A stretch of DNA of 64,000 nt from an uncultured delta proteobacterium (lineage in GTDB: Bacteria; Myxococcota_A; Polyangia; Polyangiales; JAFGIB01): NCBI GenBank assembly GCA_963778655.1, contig CAVZVA010000002.1:32001-96000 (forward strand). The letters run 5' to 3'. The translations under genes and the position numbers were made by a program. Below, piece after piece: positions 9,760 through 18,236 of this stretch (position 1 is the first letter of the stretch; each line of letters starts with the position of its first letter). The notes beneath the pieces are model-generated. The model was given only the letters and a program-made list of their open reading frames with translations. It made no database searches and had not been told where the DNA came from.

Positions 9760-9784
9760 TGGCGTCCCCAGCGGGATTTGAACC
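9760..9784 (-). repeat. Inverted copy of the tRNA-Glu 3' end (att-like remnant)
   Basis: Reverse complement is GGTTCAAATCCCGCTGGGGACGCCA, identical to 1024-1048. Confidence 0.9.
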
Positions 9785-9804
9785 GCGCCCCAGCGACTTG
9801 GGCA

Positions 9805-9861
9805 ATCCACAGGATCGCGGACGATGGCGGATACGATGTTGGTGTCGAGCAGGTAGCGCAC
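9805..9861 (-). pseudogene. vapC: vapC toxin remnant (first ~18 codons only)
   Basis: VRYLLDTNIVSAIVRDP PIN-domain start 1 nt after the vapB stop. Similarity ends just before the tRNA fragment. Confidence 0.8.
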
Positions 9862-9862
9862 C

Positions 9863-10102
9863 TTAGAGGTCGACGTCGGCGATCGGAAGGTCGGCGATCG
9901 GCGCAAAGTCGTCATCCAACGGCTCGAGCGTCGCGAGCAGGGCGAGCAGAGAGCGCGGCGGCGCGGGCTCGATGATCAGGCGGTCGCCTTCCTTGCGCAT
10001 GATGGCGTCCTCGCCCGGCAGCTCGAACTCCCGCGGAATTCGAAGCGCCTGGTTGCGGCCGTTGGTGAAGAGCTTCACGTGGCGTGCCGGATAGTCGGGC
10101 AT
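9863..10102 (-). CDS. vapB: VapB/VagC antitoxin (AbrB/MazE fold)
   Basis: KLFTNGRNQALRIPREFELPGEDAIMRKEGDRLIIEP. Confidence 0.9.
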   Translation of the reverse strand: MPDYPARHVKLFTNGRNQALRIPREFELPGEDAIMRKEGDRLIIEPAPPRSLLALLATLEPLDDDFAPIADLPIADVDL

Positions 10103-10119
10103 ATGCCAAAGCATTTGCC
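10098..10119. promoter_or_regulatory. Probable vapBC operator (tandem palindromes)
   Basis: GGCATATGCC palindrome over the start codon, followed by the imperfect copy GCATTTGC. Confidence 0.5.
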
Positions 10120-10340
10120 GGCCGAGCGGCCCTGTTCAAGAGGCCAGGGCGCTTATCCGCCGAGGCGGCCGCGCTTGCATTTTGCATGCACCAGCGCCGG
10201 TATGCATGCGTGCCGGCGTCGATCACGATCCACGCGTTACCGTCGGCGACGGCGAACGGCATCGTGGCGAGAAGCGTCTGAGGCCGCGCGTCACGAGCGC
10301 AACCGGCGCCGCCGGCGGGGCCGCGAGCAGGGACCACGCC

Positions 10341-11180
10341 TCACTTGCGCGTGCGGCTGTCGGCGTACGACGCGGCCAGACCTGGGCGGGCGTCGACCTG
10401 CACGCCGTAGGGCGGAATCGGATAACGCAATCCGTTCTTGGCCAGGCGCTCCATGCCCTGCAGGGCCTTGAGCAGGTACGCCGGCGGGGTGGCGAGCAGC
10501 AGCTCGTCGTCGGCAACGCCGCCAAAGCGGCGCTCGGCGAAGCAGGGGATCGATACGCACGGCTCGCGCGTCACCAGCGCGCGGCCCCACGAGTCGGCGC
10601 AGGCCGACTCGCCCACGCAGGTCATCTCGAGCTTGCGATAGCCCGACCACTGCAGACCGCTGATGAGCATGATCATCTGCCCGGGGGTGGCGTAGACGAG
10701 GCAGATGTCGGGTGGGTCGAGCCGACCGAACGCAAGCGGCGACACGACCATGGCCTGGTACCTGCCGTGCGGAACGCAGCTCATCGCGTGCTGGTGCGCC
10801 GAGGCGTCCTGCAGCGTCTCGTACCAGACGCCCTTCATGTGCGCGCCCGACAACCACTGCGGGTCCTGCGGCAGCAGGCCGAGCACTGCGCCGCATTGTT
10901 GGCTAGCGAGGTCGCCGGCCGTGACGCCCACGGTCCAATTGAGGCGGCTCGCCAGGCCGACGATCTGGTCCGTGGTGTGCACGCTCGGGGGCCGCCGCAC
11001 CTTGGGCACGGCCTGCATCTGCTCGACGCGCTCGAACAGCTTCATGCCGATCGGTGTGGTGCGCAGCCGCAGCATTCGGTTGAGCTCATCGACCAGCGCC
11101 GGCCAGTCGTAGTGCTCGGGCTCGGGCGGCGCGGCGCCGCGGATCTGCGCAAGTGGGCTCGATTCGTCGTGCTCGCTCAT
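10341..11180 (-). CDS. DUF169 family protein
   Basis: LRLRTTPIGMK, PPDICLVYATPGQM, GESACADSW and PCFAERRFGG..DDEL motifs. Confidence 0.8.
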   Translation of the reverse strand: MSEHDESSPLAQIRGAAPPEPEHYDWPALVDELNRMLRLRTTPIGMKLFERVEQMQAVPKVRRPPSVHTTDQIVGLASRLNWTVGVTAGDLASQQCGAVLGLLPQDPQWLSGAHMKGVWYETLQDASAHQHAMSCVPHGRYQAMVVSPLAFGRLDPPDICLVYATPGQMIMLISGLQWSGYRKLEMTCVGESACADSWGRALVTREPCVSIPCFAERRFGGVADDELLLATPPAYLLKALQGMERLAKNGLRYPIPPYGVQVDARPGLAASYADSRTRK

Positions 11181-11367
11181 GGCGAACAGCATGGCAGAGT
11201 CAGGGCGCGCGAAGTAGCCCGCCCAGACTGCTGCAGCGCGGGCGCCATACCCTGCCCGCCGCGGCGGCCGCGGCGCCCGGCTCGGGGCCGCTGACTCGGG
11301 ACGGCTGGTGCGGCGCGGATCCGCAGCTCTTGGGCAGAGCGTGCTGGTCGATTCGCCGATGAGACAT

Positions 11368-11498
11368 TCGGTAGCGTTGGGTAAGCTCGCCGACATCGGG
11401 TTCGTCAAGGGCGCGCCAGTCGTGAAGTCCCAGGGGGCCCAGCCGACCGCGTGGATCTACGTCGACGTGACCGGCTCGGACATCCGCGGCTATGTGCC
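11368..11498 (+). pseudogene. Isolated internal fragment of a CusA/CzcA heavy-metal RND pump
   Basis: VALGKLADIGFVKGAPVVKSQGAQPTAWIYVDVTGSDIRGYV resembles the CusA PL..+AD+...GP..+KSE....+W+YVD+.G.D+..YV segment. Confidence 0.6.
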
Positions 11499-11783
11499 GT
11501 ACACGTCCGACGCGGCCGAGACCGAAAACACCGTCCGAACGTAACAGCTGGAAATTGTTGGCTGAGGCTCCTGTTTCCCAAGCGTTCGCAGCTCGCGTTT
11601 GGCAGTCGCACGCCGCTCGCGTTCCTGGTACCCATGGACCACCATGCCGGTCGCCGTAAGCGGACCCGGCGATCTCCCGCACACCCGACGCTTGCCGGTC
11701 GAGCTGCGACAGGCCGGCGACCGGGTGGCGCTGGTCGCTCCACCCGCGACAGGCAGCCCAGTCTAATCATCGAGCTTCGGCAC

Positions 11784-12971
11784 ATGACCAACCCGCGCAC
11801 GCAACTCGGCGACCCGCACAATTTCGGGCGTCGGGTATCGCTGCGTGCCGGGCGAGCTCACAAGCCGCGTGCGTTGCTGTGGGAGTGGCTGCTGCTGGCG
11901 GCGGAAAGCCCGCTGCGGCGCTTGATCGACGAGCTGGCGAAACGCGACGCGTTGGGCCGCGACGCGTTTGGATTTCTGCCGGCGCTCAAGTACTTCCGCG
12001 ACAAAGTACGAGTCGGCGGCGAGGTGGAGCGGATTCGGCTTTCGCCGTTGCCTGTCCTGTCAAAGCGCGACAAGCGCTCGCTCGCCGTAATCGTGGGACG
12101 CTCGCTGGCGCTGTGGAGCTGGCTCGGCGTGGCGGATCTGCATTGGGAGAACCTGGTGCTGGGCGTCGACCGGCGCGACCGCATGGTGTTCGCGCCCTTG
12201 GATATCGAGATGATCTTGGCGGACCTGTCGCTTCCGACGCAGACGAAGCTGCTGCCGGACGCCGATCCCGAGTACGCGTCGATCTGCCGGCACGCCTGCG
12301 GCGTTCGACGCGTCCTGCCGTATCTGGGCAAGCCCGTCGGCGCAGATGACTTGCTGGCGATGGCGGGGGCCTATCGCGGCACGCTGGCCTTTCTCGACCG
12401 TCATGCCAGCGCGATCGCCAACGTGCTCGCGCGGCTACCAGGCCTGCGCGAGACGCCCATTCGCGTGTGCCTGCGCGGCACGGACGAGTACGTGCGCGCC
12501 AAATCACAACCACTGTGGCCGCCGCTGCTCGACGCGGAGGCCGAACAGCTGGCCCGCGGCGACATTCCGTACTTCTTCCGCCTGTACGGACGCCGGGGTA
12601 TTCATTACTACGGAAACCGGACGCTCAGCGAGCTGAAGCGCATTCCGCTCCGAGGCGACGTACCGCAGCTGGACCCAATGCTGGCGCTGTCCCGAGGCCT
12701 GCGCTCCCCGTCTCGGCGGACCTTGCGTGATGAGGGCCTGTTCACCCTGCTCGGCGCGTTCGACGACCCGTCGCTGGGCGGGCGACACAAGAGCGATGAG
12801 CTCGAGGTCTCGCTGCGCGCGCGCAGCATCGTCGTGAAGCTGCCGAGCGGTGCCGAGCTGCGCTCTGCCCGAAACCTCAGCGGCCACGTGGGCAGCGTCT
12901 ACTCGCCGTGCCACTGCGGCGAGGTGCGGTCCGTCTTCGTGCCGCCGGTCACGGTGTGCGACGCGCGCTGA
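11784..12971 (+). CDS. Stand-alone LanM-type dehydratase domain (DUF4135), no cyclase
   Basis: Ordered motifs GDPH..G, KPR, DLHWEN, LDIE, TKLLP, R.CLRGT..Y and E..QL..GDIPYF. The ORF ends at 395 aa. Confidence 0.8.
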   Translation: MTNPRTQLGDPHNFGRRVSLRAGRAHKPRALLWEWLLLAAESPLRRLIDELAKRDALGRDAFGFLPALKYFRDKVRVGGEVERIRLSPLPVLSKRDKRSLAVIVGRSLALWSWLGVADLHWENLVLGVDRRDRMVFAPLDIEMILADLSLPTQTKLLPDADPEYASICRHACGVRRVLPYLGKPVGADDLLAMAGAYRGTLAFLDRHASAIANVLARLPGLRETPIRVCLRGTDEYVRAKSQPLWPPLLDAEAEQLARGDIPYFFRLYGRRGIHYYGNRTLSELKRIPLRGDVPQLDPMLALSRGLRSPSRRTLRDEGLFTLLGAFDDPSLGGRHKSDELEVSLRARSIVVKLPSGAELRSARNLSGHVGSVYSPCHCGEVRSVFVPPVTVCDAR

Positions 12972-13007
12972 GCCGCGCACGTCTCGTGCCGGCGTGCGCA
13001 GACCCCG

Positions 13008-13700
13008 ATGACGGCCTATCCTCTCCAGCCCATGGACGCCGCCACCTGCGACACCTGCCATCGACCCAGCGCCGCCTGCGTCTGCGACCGCATCGTCGCC
13101 TATCCGACCGAGCTGCGGGTCCTCATCCTGCAGCACTTTCAGGAGAGAGATGCGCTGCTCGGCTCCGCACAGATCCTGGCCGCCAGTCTGCCCAAGGCGA
13201 AGCTCGTGCTGGGTCTGAGCTGGCGCAACTTGGGCCATGCACTGGGTGAGGAGGGCGTAGACGCTCAGCGCTGGGCCGTCCTCTTTCCAGATAGCGACGC
13301 GCCGGGCAATCGAGTCAGGGCACGCAACGGCAGCGTCATCGACCCATCGAGCCTCGAAGGCATCATCGTCCTCGACGGAACCTGGTCCAAAGCCAAGACG
13401 CTGTGGTGGCGCAACGCGTGGTTGAACAAGCTCAACCGAGTGACCCTCGAGCCAGCAGCGCCGTCCATCTACGGCCGCCTGCGGGCCGAGCCTAAGCGCG
13501 AGCTCGTCTCCACACTCGAGTCCGTCGGGGCCACCCTCACGCTGTGCGGGGAGTCTCCCGAGGTCGAGGCCGGCCTGTCGCGCGTCTTCCGCACGCTTGT
13601 GCAGCGCGTACGCGATGCTCGCCTCATCCCCCCTCCAGCTCGACGCCCAGCGCGCAGGCCCCACACGAAACAAGGCGCGCGACGCCCGAAGCGCGTGTGA
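13008..13700 (+). CDS. tapT: DTW-domain tRNA-uridine aminocarboxypropyltransferase (TapT/YfiP-like)
   Basis: N-terminal C..C......C.C, ILQH..E, IIVLDGTWSKA and STLES motifs. Confidence 0.85.
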   Translation: MTAYPLQPMDAATCDTCHRPSAACVCDRIVAYPTELRVLILQHFQERDALLGSAQILAASLPKAKLVLGLSWRNLGHALGEEGVDAQRWAVLFPDSDAPGNRVRARNGSVIDPSSLEGIIVLDGTWSKAKTLWWRNAWLNKLNRVTLEPAAPSIYGRLRAEPKRELVSTLESVGATLTLCGESPEVEAGLSRVFRTLVQRVRDARLIPPPARRPARRPHTKQGARRPKRV

Positions 13701-13901
13701 ACGCGCGCCCTTCGGTCGCGCTCCGTTCAGCGACTGGCGGCGGCGGTGATCCTGTCGGCCTCATGCCGTACCTGGACCACCTTGGCGCCCGGCCGCGTTC
13801 ATCGCCACACCCATGTCCGCCGTTGCCCCGTGCCGAGCACCAACTCCGCGCTAAGATGAACTACCATAACGATCAAGGGTACGCGAAACGAGTCGAACGC
13901 G

Positions 13902-16900
13902 ATGACTTCGAGCTCTCCGGATTCCTCGAAAACGTCGTTCGGGCGAGTCGCCGATCGCTACGAGCTCCGAGAGTTGCTCGGGCGCGGCGGCATGGCGACG
14001 GTGCATCGTGCAACGGACCTGGCCAACGGGTGCGATGTTGCGCTCAAACAACTTCATGTGAGCGACACGGAGAACGCCGCTCTGGTCGCACTTTTCGAGC
14101 GCGAGTTTCATACGCTGGCACAGCTTCACCACCCGAGCGTGATCTCGGTCTACGAATACGGGCTGCACGGCGGCCAGGCGCCGTACTACACCATGGAGCT
14201 ACTGGATGGCGGCGACCTGCGCGATCGCGCGCCGCTTCCATGGCGCGAAGCGTGTGCGCTCGTGTTCGACGTGTGCTCGTCGCTCGCGCTGCTCCACTCG
14301 CGCAGGCTCGTGCACCGCGACATCAGTCCACGCAACGTGCGCTGCACCCGCGACGGCCGGGCCAAGCTGATCGACTTCGGCGCGATGGGCCCGATGCTCT
14401 CGGGCGGCGCTCAGATCGTGGGCACGCCGGCATTCGTTCCGCCTGAGACCGTGCATCGTTCGGCGCTCGATGGCCGATCCGATCTGTTCTCGCTTGGGGC
14501 GACCTTGTACTTCGCGCTGACTCGCCAGAGCCCGTATCCTGCGCGCAGCTTCGCGGACGTGGTCGCGGCGTGGCGGGTGAGGCCAGCGCCGCCATCGGCA
14601 CGCGTGGCCGATGTGCCGCCCGCGCTCGACGACCTCGTGCTCTCTTTGTTGAGCGTCGAGCCCGCGCTGCGGCCGCGCGGCGCGTTCGAGGTCATGCAGC
14701 GCTTGGCTGCGCTCGCCGGCCTCGAAGGCCGCGAGACCGCCGCCGTATCCGCGGCGTATCTCACCGCGCCGACGTTGGTCGGGCGCGAAGATCTGCTCAG
14801 CGTGCTGCGCGAAGGCGTGACCCGCGCAGTCCGCGGTAGCGGTAGCGGCCTGATCATCCGTGGTGCACCCGGGCTCGGGCACTCGCGCGCGCTCGACGCC
14901 TGCGTGCTGGAGGCAAAGACGCTCGGCGCGATCGTGCTGCGCGCGAGCGCGGGCAGCCAGCAGGGAGACTTTGCCCTGGCCGCGAGCTTGGCGCAGCACC
15001 TGCTCGACGCACTGTCCAACCAGCAGCTGGCAGCGCGATTTCCCGAGCTGTTCGTGTGCCGGTCGGAACGATCCGCCGCCGGACCGCAATCCAAGACCGT
15101 GCTGCGCAACGCCGACGAGCTCAAACGCGATCCTGCTGCGCTGGTGGTTGCCCTCAGTCGCTGCCTGCTCGAGATCAGCCGCGAGCAACCGCTGGTGATT
15201 GTGGTCGACGATCTGCAGCGCATCGATGAGCCATCCGCTGCCGTGCTGGCCCAGCTCGCCGATCGCGCACGGCGCTGTCGGCTGTTTCTGGCCATGACCT
15301 CCGACAGTGAAGGCGACTCGGGGCTCGCGCTCGAGGTGCTCGAACGTCGCTGCGAGTCGCATTCGCTGCAACCGCTTTCTGCCGAGCAAACCCGGAGGTT
15401 GCTCGAGTCGCTGTTCGGCGACGTCGACCACGTCGGCACCCTGGCGGCCGCGATCTACGAGATCGCACGCGGCAACCCGCGCCAGTCCATGGACCTCGCG
15501 CAGCACTTGGTCGACCGGAAGCTGATTCACTATGCCGGCGGGGCCTGGACGCTGCCGAGCACGCTGGCGGCAGCCGACCTTCCGCGCAGCGCGGAAGAAG
15601 CGCTGGCCGTCAAGCTCGAGCTGCTCGAGCCGCACGCGCGCTGGTTGGCCGAAGCGCAGGCGCTGGCGTCCCACGACACCATGACCGACGACGACTACCG
15701 GCGCCTGCGGCCGGACGTCGATTCGCGCACGACCGCCCGCGCGGTCGCCCAACTGCTCGAGCACCAGGTGCTCGTCGGCGACAGCGGTGCATACGTGCTC
15801 GCCAACCGCATCTGGCCGGCGGTGCTCAAGGGGCGGATGCCCCCGGAGAGGGCGCGCGAATGTCACCATGCGCTTGCCGAGCTCTATGCCGCGGGCGGGC
15901 TCGTGCGCGTGCCGCATCTGTTCGCGGCCGACCGCGAAGAGCAGGGGCTCGACGCGCTGCTCGAAGCGCTTGCGGCTCTCGGCGAACAGACCGACTTGCG
16001 CAACGCGTTCGAGTTTCAGCCGGCGAACATCGACTCAAGCTTCGATCGCGCGATCGCACTCGCCGCACGATTGGGTCGCCCGCCGCGCCAGCAGCAGGAC
16101 CTGCTGCGCTGGGCGACCGCGCTGAGCGTTGCCTCGAGCGACGTCGCCATGTACTTTCGCTGCGCGCCGGCCTGGCTCGCGCAGTTGAAGCAGGACTCGG
16201 GTCTCGCGCTGTGGGAGGGGGACCCGGACACGACCGACCCCGGGGCGCGACTGATGCGCGCTTTGCAGGGGGCCAGCGAACGCTTCGCAAGAACGCCCGA
16301 AGCCGAGCGTGTGTATCCGGTAGAGCACGCGATCAAGCTGCTGGCCGAGTACGTGGTGTGTTCGATCGCGACCGGCGCGCGCTCGTACGATAGCGAGTTG
16401 CTCGGCACGCTGCCCGGGTTGCTCGAGCCGTTTGCGTCGCTTGCGCCGCTACTGCACGCGCTCTGGCAGAACGCGATCGGGACGCTCGAGAGTGCGCGCG
16501 ACTGCGCTCACGAGCGCGCACGCGAGCGCTGGATCGAGGTTCATCGCAAGCTCGGCGAGCTGGATCCAGCACAGGTCCAGCACCTCGGCATGATTCGCAA
16601 TGCGATCGCCGCCGGCATCGGCATGATCGAAGCCACCTTCGGCCTGCAATCGGCGACGCAGTGGGCGGAGCAACTCGATTCGGATCCGGCGCAGCGGCTC
16701 TCGGGGCTGTACCTGCGCCAGTGCGTGCGACTCGAGCAAGGCGATTGGGCCGGCGCGGACCGGCTACGGCGCGAGGCCGAGGTGGTCGCGCTGCAACAGC
16801 GCGGGCCCGCCATGTTCACGCAACAGCTTGCGGTCGAGCTTTCGGCCCACGCCAACGCCTGCGACCTCGTAGGCGTCAAGCGGGTGATCGAACGCCAGGC

Positions 16901-18056
16901 CGCACATGCCGCGCGCATGCCCAACTGGATTCCGTATGCAATCGAAGGCCGTGCTCGCTTCGATCTGTTGCGCGGCGACGTCGAAGCAGCCAAGCTCGGC
17001 TTTGAGCGCTGCCTGGAGTTGACCGCGCTGGATACCCAGCGACGCTCGCCTGCGCTGGTGGTCTGGGTGCTGGCCCAGACCGGCCTCGCTCAGTGTCTGC
17101 GTGCGCTCGGTCGCAACACCGACGCGCGCCGCGTCGCGGCCGACGCGCTTGCGATCTGCGGCGAGCTCGGGATCGGAGTGCACAGCTACGAGCTCGTGCG
17201 GACGCTCGCGCTGGCGGAAGCTCAGGACGGCGAGCTCACGAGCGCCGCCGAGCGGCTCGACCGTGTCATCGCCCAGCAGAATGCGATGGGCGCGACCGGG
17301 CTGCGCCTGGGCATGACGTACGAAGCCCGGGCGCTCTGCGCGATCTGGTCCGGCGACACGGCGGGCTACGAGCACTATGCGCGCCTCACTGCGCATGAAT
17401 ACCGCTACGGAGCGCGCTCTCCGCTCAGCGCGCGCTACGAGCGGCTGAAGCACGAAGCGAATCGCCGTAGCTTGCCGCGCGCCGTCGAGCTGTCCGACTT
17501 CGAGGTAGAAAGCAGTTCCTCCGGCTCGCTCGACGTCGACAGCATGGTGGGCCTGGCCATGACCGGCACGCAGAGCGTCGAGGAGCGGGCGCAACGTGCG
17601 CTGAAGTTGATCTGCGATACACGCGCCGCGCGCGCCGCGCACCTGTATCTCGCGCGCAAGGATGGAACGCTGTGGCGCGCCGCATCGTTCGGGGCAGCCC
17701 GGTCGGGCAAGGCACTGCTGTCGCTAGTCGGCGACTATCTGCACCGCGAGCGCGAGCGGCATGAAGCGGGCACGGTTGTGGTTACCGGCACGCAGGTGAA
17801 GTCCGAACCACACACGACGGCGACTGCATCCGACGCCGGCGTGGACTACGAGCTTCACCTCCTGACGTGTGTCGCCCAGGGTGAAGGACGAGTTGCGGGC
17901 GCGATCGCGCTCGACCCCGGTGAGCGGTCGGTGATGAATCCGTTCCAGGGCCAGCTCCTGGCGGCGCTCGCCGGGCACTTGTTCGAAATTCCGCAGGTGA
18001 CCGTGAGCGCGCCGACCCTCATCGGGCGCGGCGCCCGTGGGCGACGTCGCCATTGA
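13902..18056 (+). CDS. Ser/Thr protein kinase fused to STAND/AAA_16-like ATPase, helical (TPR-like) repeats and C-terminal GAF-like domain
   Basis: GRGGM, VALK, HRDISPRN, DFG, GTPAFVPPE; LVGRE; degenerate P-loop GAPGLGHS; VIVVDDLQ; GNP. Confidence 0.9.
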   Translation: MTSSSPDSSKTSFGRVADRYELRELLGRGGMATVHRATDLANGCDVALKQLHVSDTENAALVALFEREFHTLAQLHHPSVISVYEYGLHGGQAPYYTMELLDGGDLRDRAPLPWREACALVFDVCSSLALLHSRRLVHRDISPRNVRCTRDGRAKLIDFGAMGPMLSGGAQIVGTPAFVPPETVHRSALDGRSDLFSLGATLYFALTRQSPYPARSFADVVAAWRVRPAPPSARVADVPPALDDLVLSLLSVEPALRPRGAFEVMQRLAALAGLEGRETAAVSAAYLTAPTLVGREDLLSVLREGVTRAVRGSGSGLIIRGAPGLGHSRALDACVLEAKTLGAIVLRASAGSQQGDFALAASLAQHLLDALSNQQLAARFPELFVCRSERSAAGPQSKTVLRNADELKRDPAALVVALSRCLLEISREQPLVIVVDDLQRIDEPSAAVLAQLADRARRCRLFLAMTSDSEGDSGLALEVLERRCESHSLQPLSAEQTRRLLESLFGDVDHVGTLAAAIYEIARGNPRQSMDLAQHLVDRKLIHYAGGAWTLPSTLAAADLPRSAEEALAVKLELLEPHARWLAEAQALASHDTMTDDDYRRLRPDVDSRTTARAVAQLLEHQVLVGDSGAYVLANRIWPAVLKGRMPPERARECHHALAELYAAGGLVRVPHLFAADREEQGLDALLEALAALGEQTDLRNAFEFQPANIDSSFDRAIALAARLGRPPRQQQDLLRWATALSVASSDVAMYFRCAPAWLAQLKQDSGLALWEGDPDTTDPGARLMRALQGASERFARTPEAERVYPVEHAIKLLAEYVVCSIATGARSYDSELLGTLPGLLEPFASLAPLLHALWQNAIGTLESARDCAHERARERWIEVHRKLGELDPAQVQHLGMIRNAIAAGIGMIEATFGLQSATQWAEQLDSDPAQRLSGLYLRQCVRLEQGDWAGADRLRREAEVVALQQRGPAMFTQQLAVELSAHANACDLVGVKRVIERQAAHAARMPNWIPYAIEGRARFDLLRGDVEAAKLGFERCLELTALDTQRRSPALVVWVLAQTGLAQCLRALGRNTDARRVAADALAICGELGIGVHSYELVRTLALAEAQDGELTSAAERLDRVIAQQNAMGATGLRLGMTYEARALCAIWSGDTAGYEHYARLTAHEYRYGARSPLSARYERLKHEANRRSLPRAVELSDFEVESSSSGSLDVDSMVGLAMTGTQSVEERAQRALKLICDTRAARAAHLYLARKDGTLWRAASFGAARSGKALLSLVGDYLHRERERHEAGTVVVTGTQVKSEPHTTATASDAGVDYELHLLTCVAQGEGRVAGAIALDPGERSVMNPFQGQLLAALAGHLFEIPQVTVSAPTLIGRGARGRRRH

Positions 18057-18236
18057 GAGGCTGCTTCAGCCCCACAGTCTCACACGCTCCAGCTCGCCAG
18101 CGGCATCTTCGCGAGCCTGAGCGGAGCGACCCGCCGGCAGAATTCGAAACCTCCGGCCAGGTTCACGCGAGTGGGCAGGGTCCGAGTAGCTCGATCTCCG
18201 GCGACGCCGCAATCGGCCCGCAACCCGGCGGCGCGC

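Noticed and set aside
9720..9830. Possible third tRNA gene on the minus strand
   Set aside because: Only the T-arm and acceptor 3' strand are present; no D-arm, anticodon arm or 5' acceptor strand.
11500..11783. Search for a lanthipeptide precursor upstream of the DUF4135 gene
   Set aside because: No short ORF with a leader (double-Gly, Nif11 or NHLP-like) and Ser/Thr/Cys-rich core was found.
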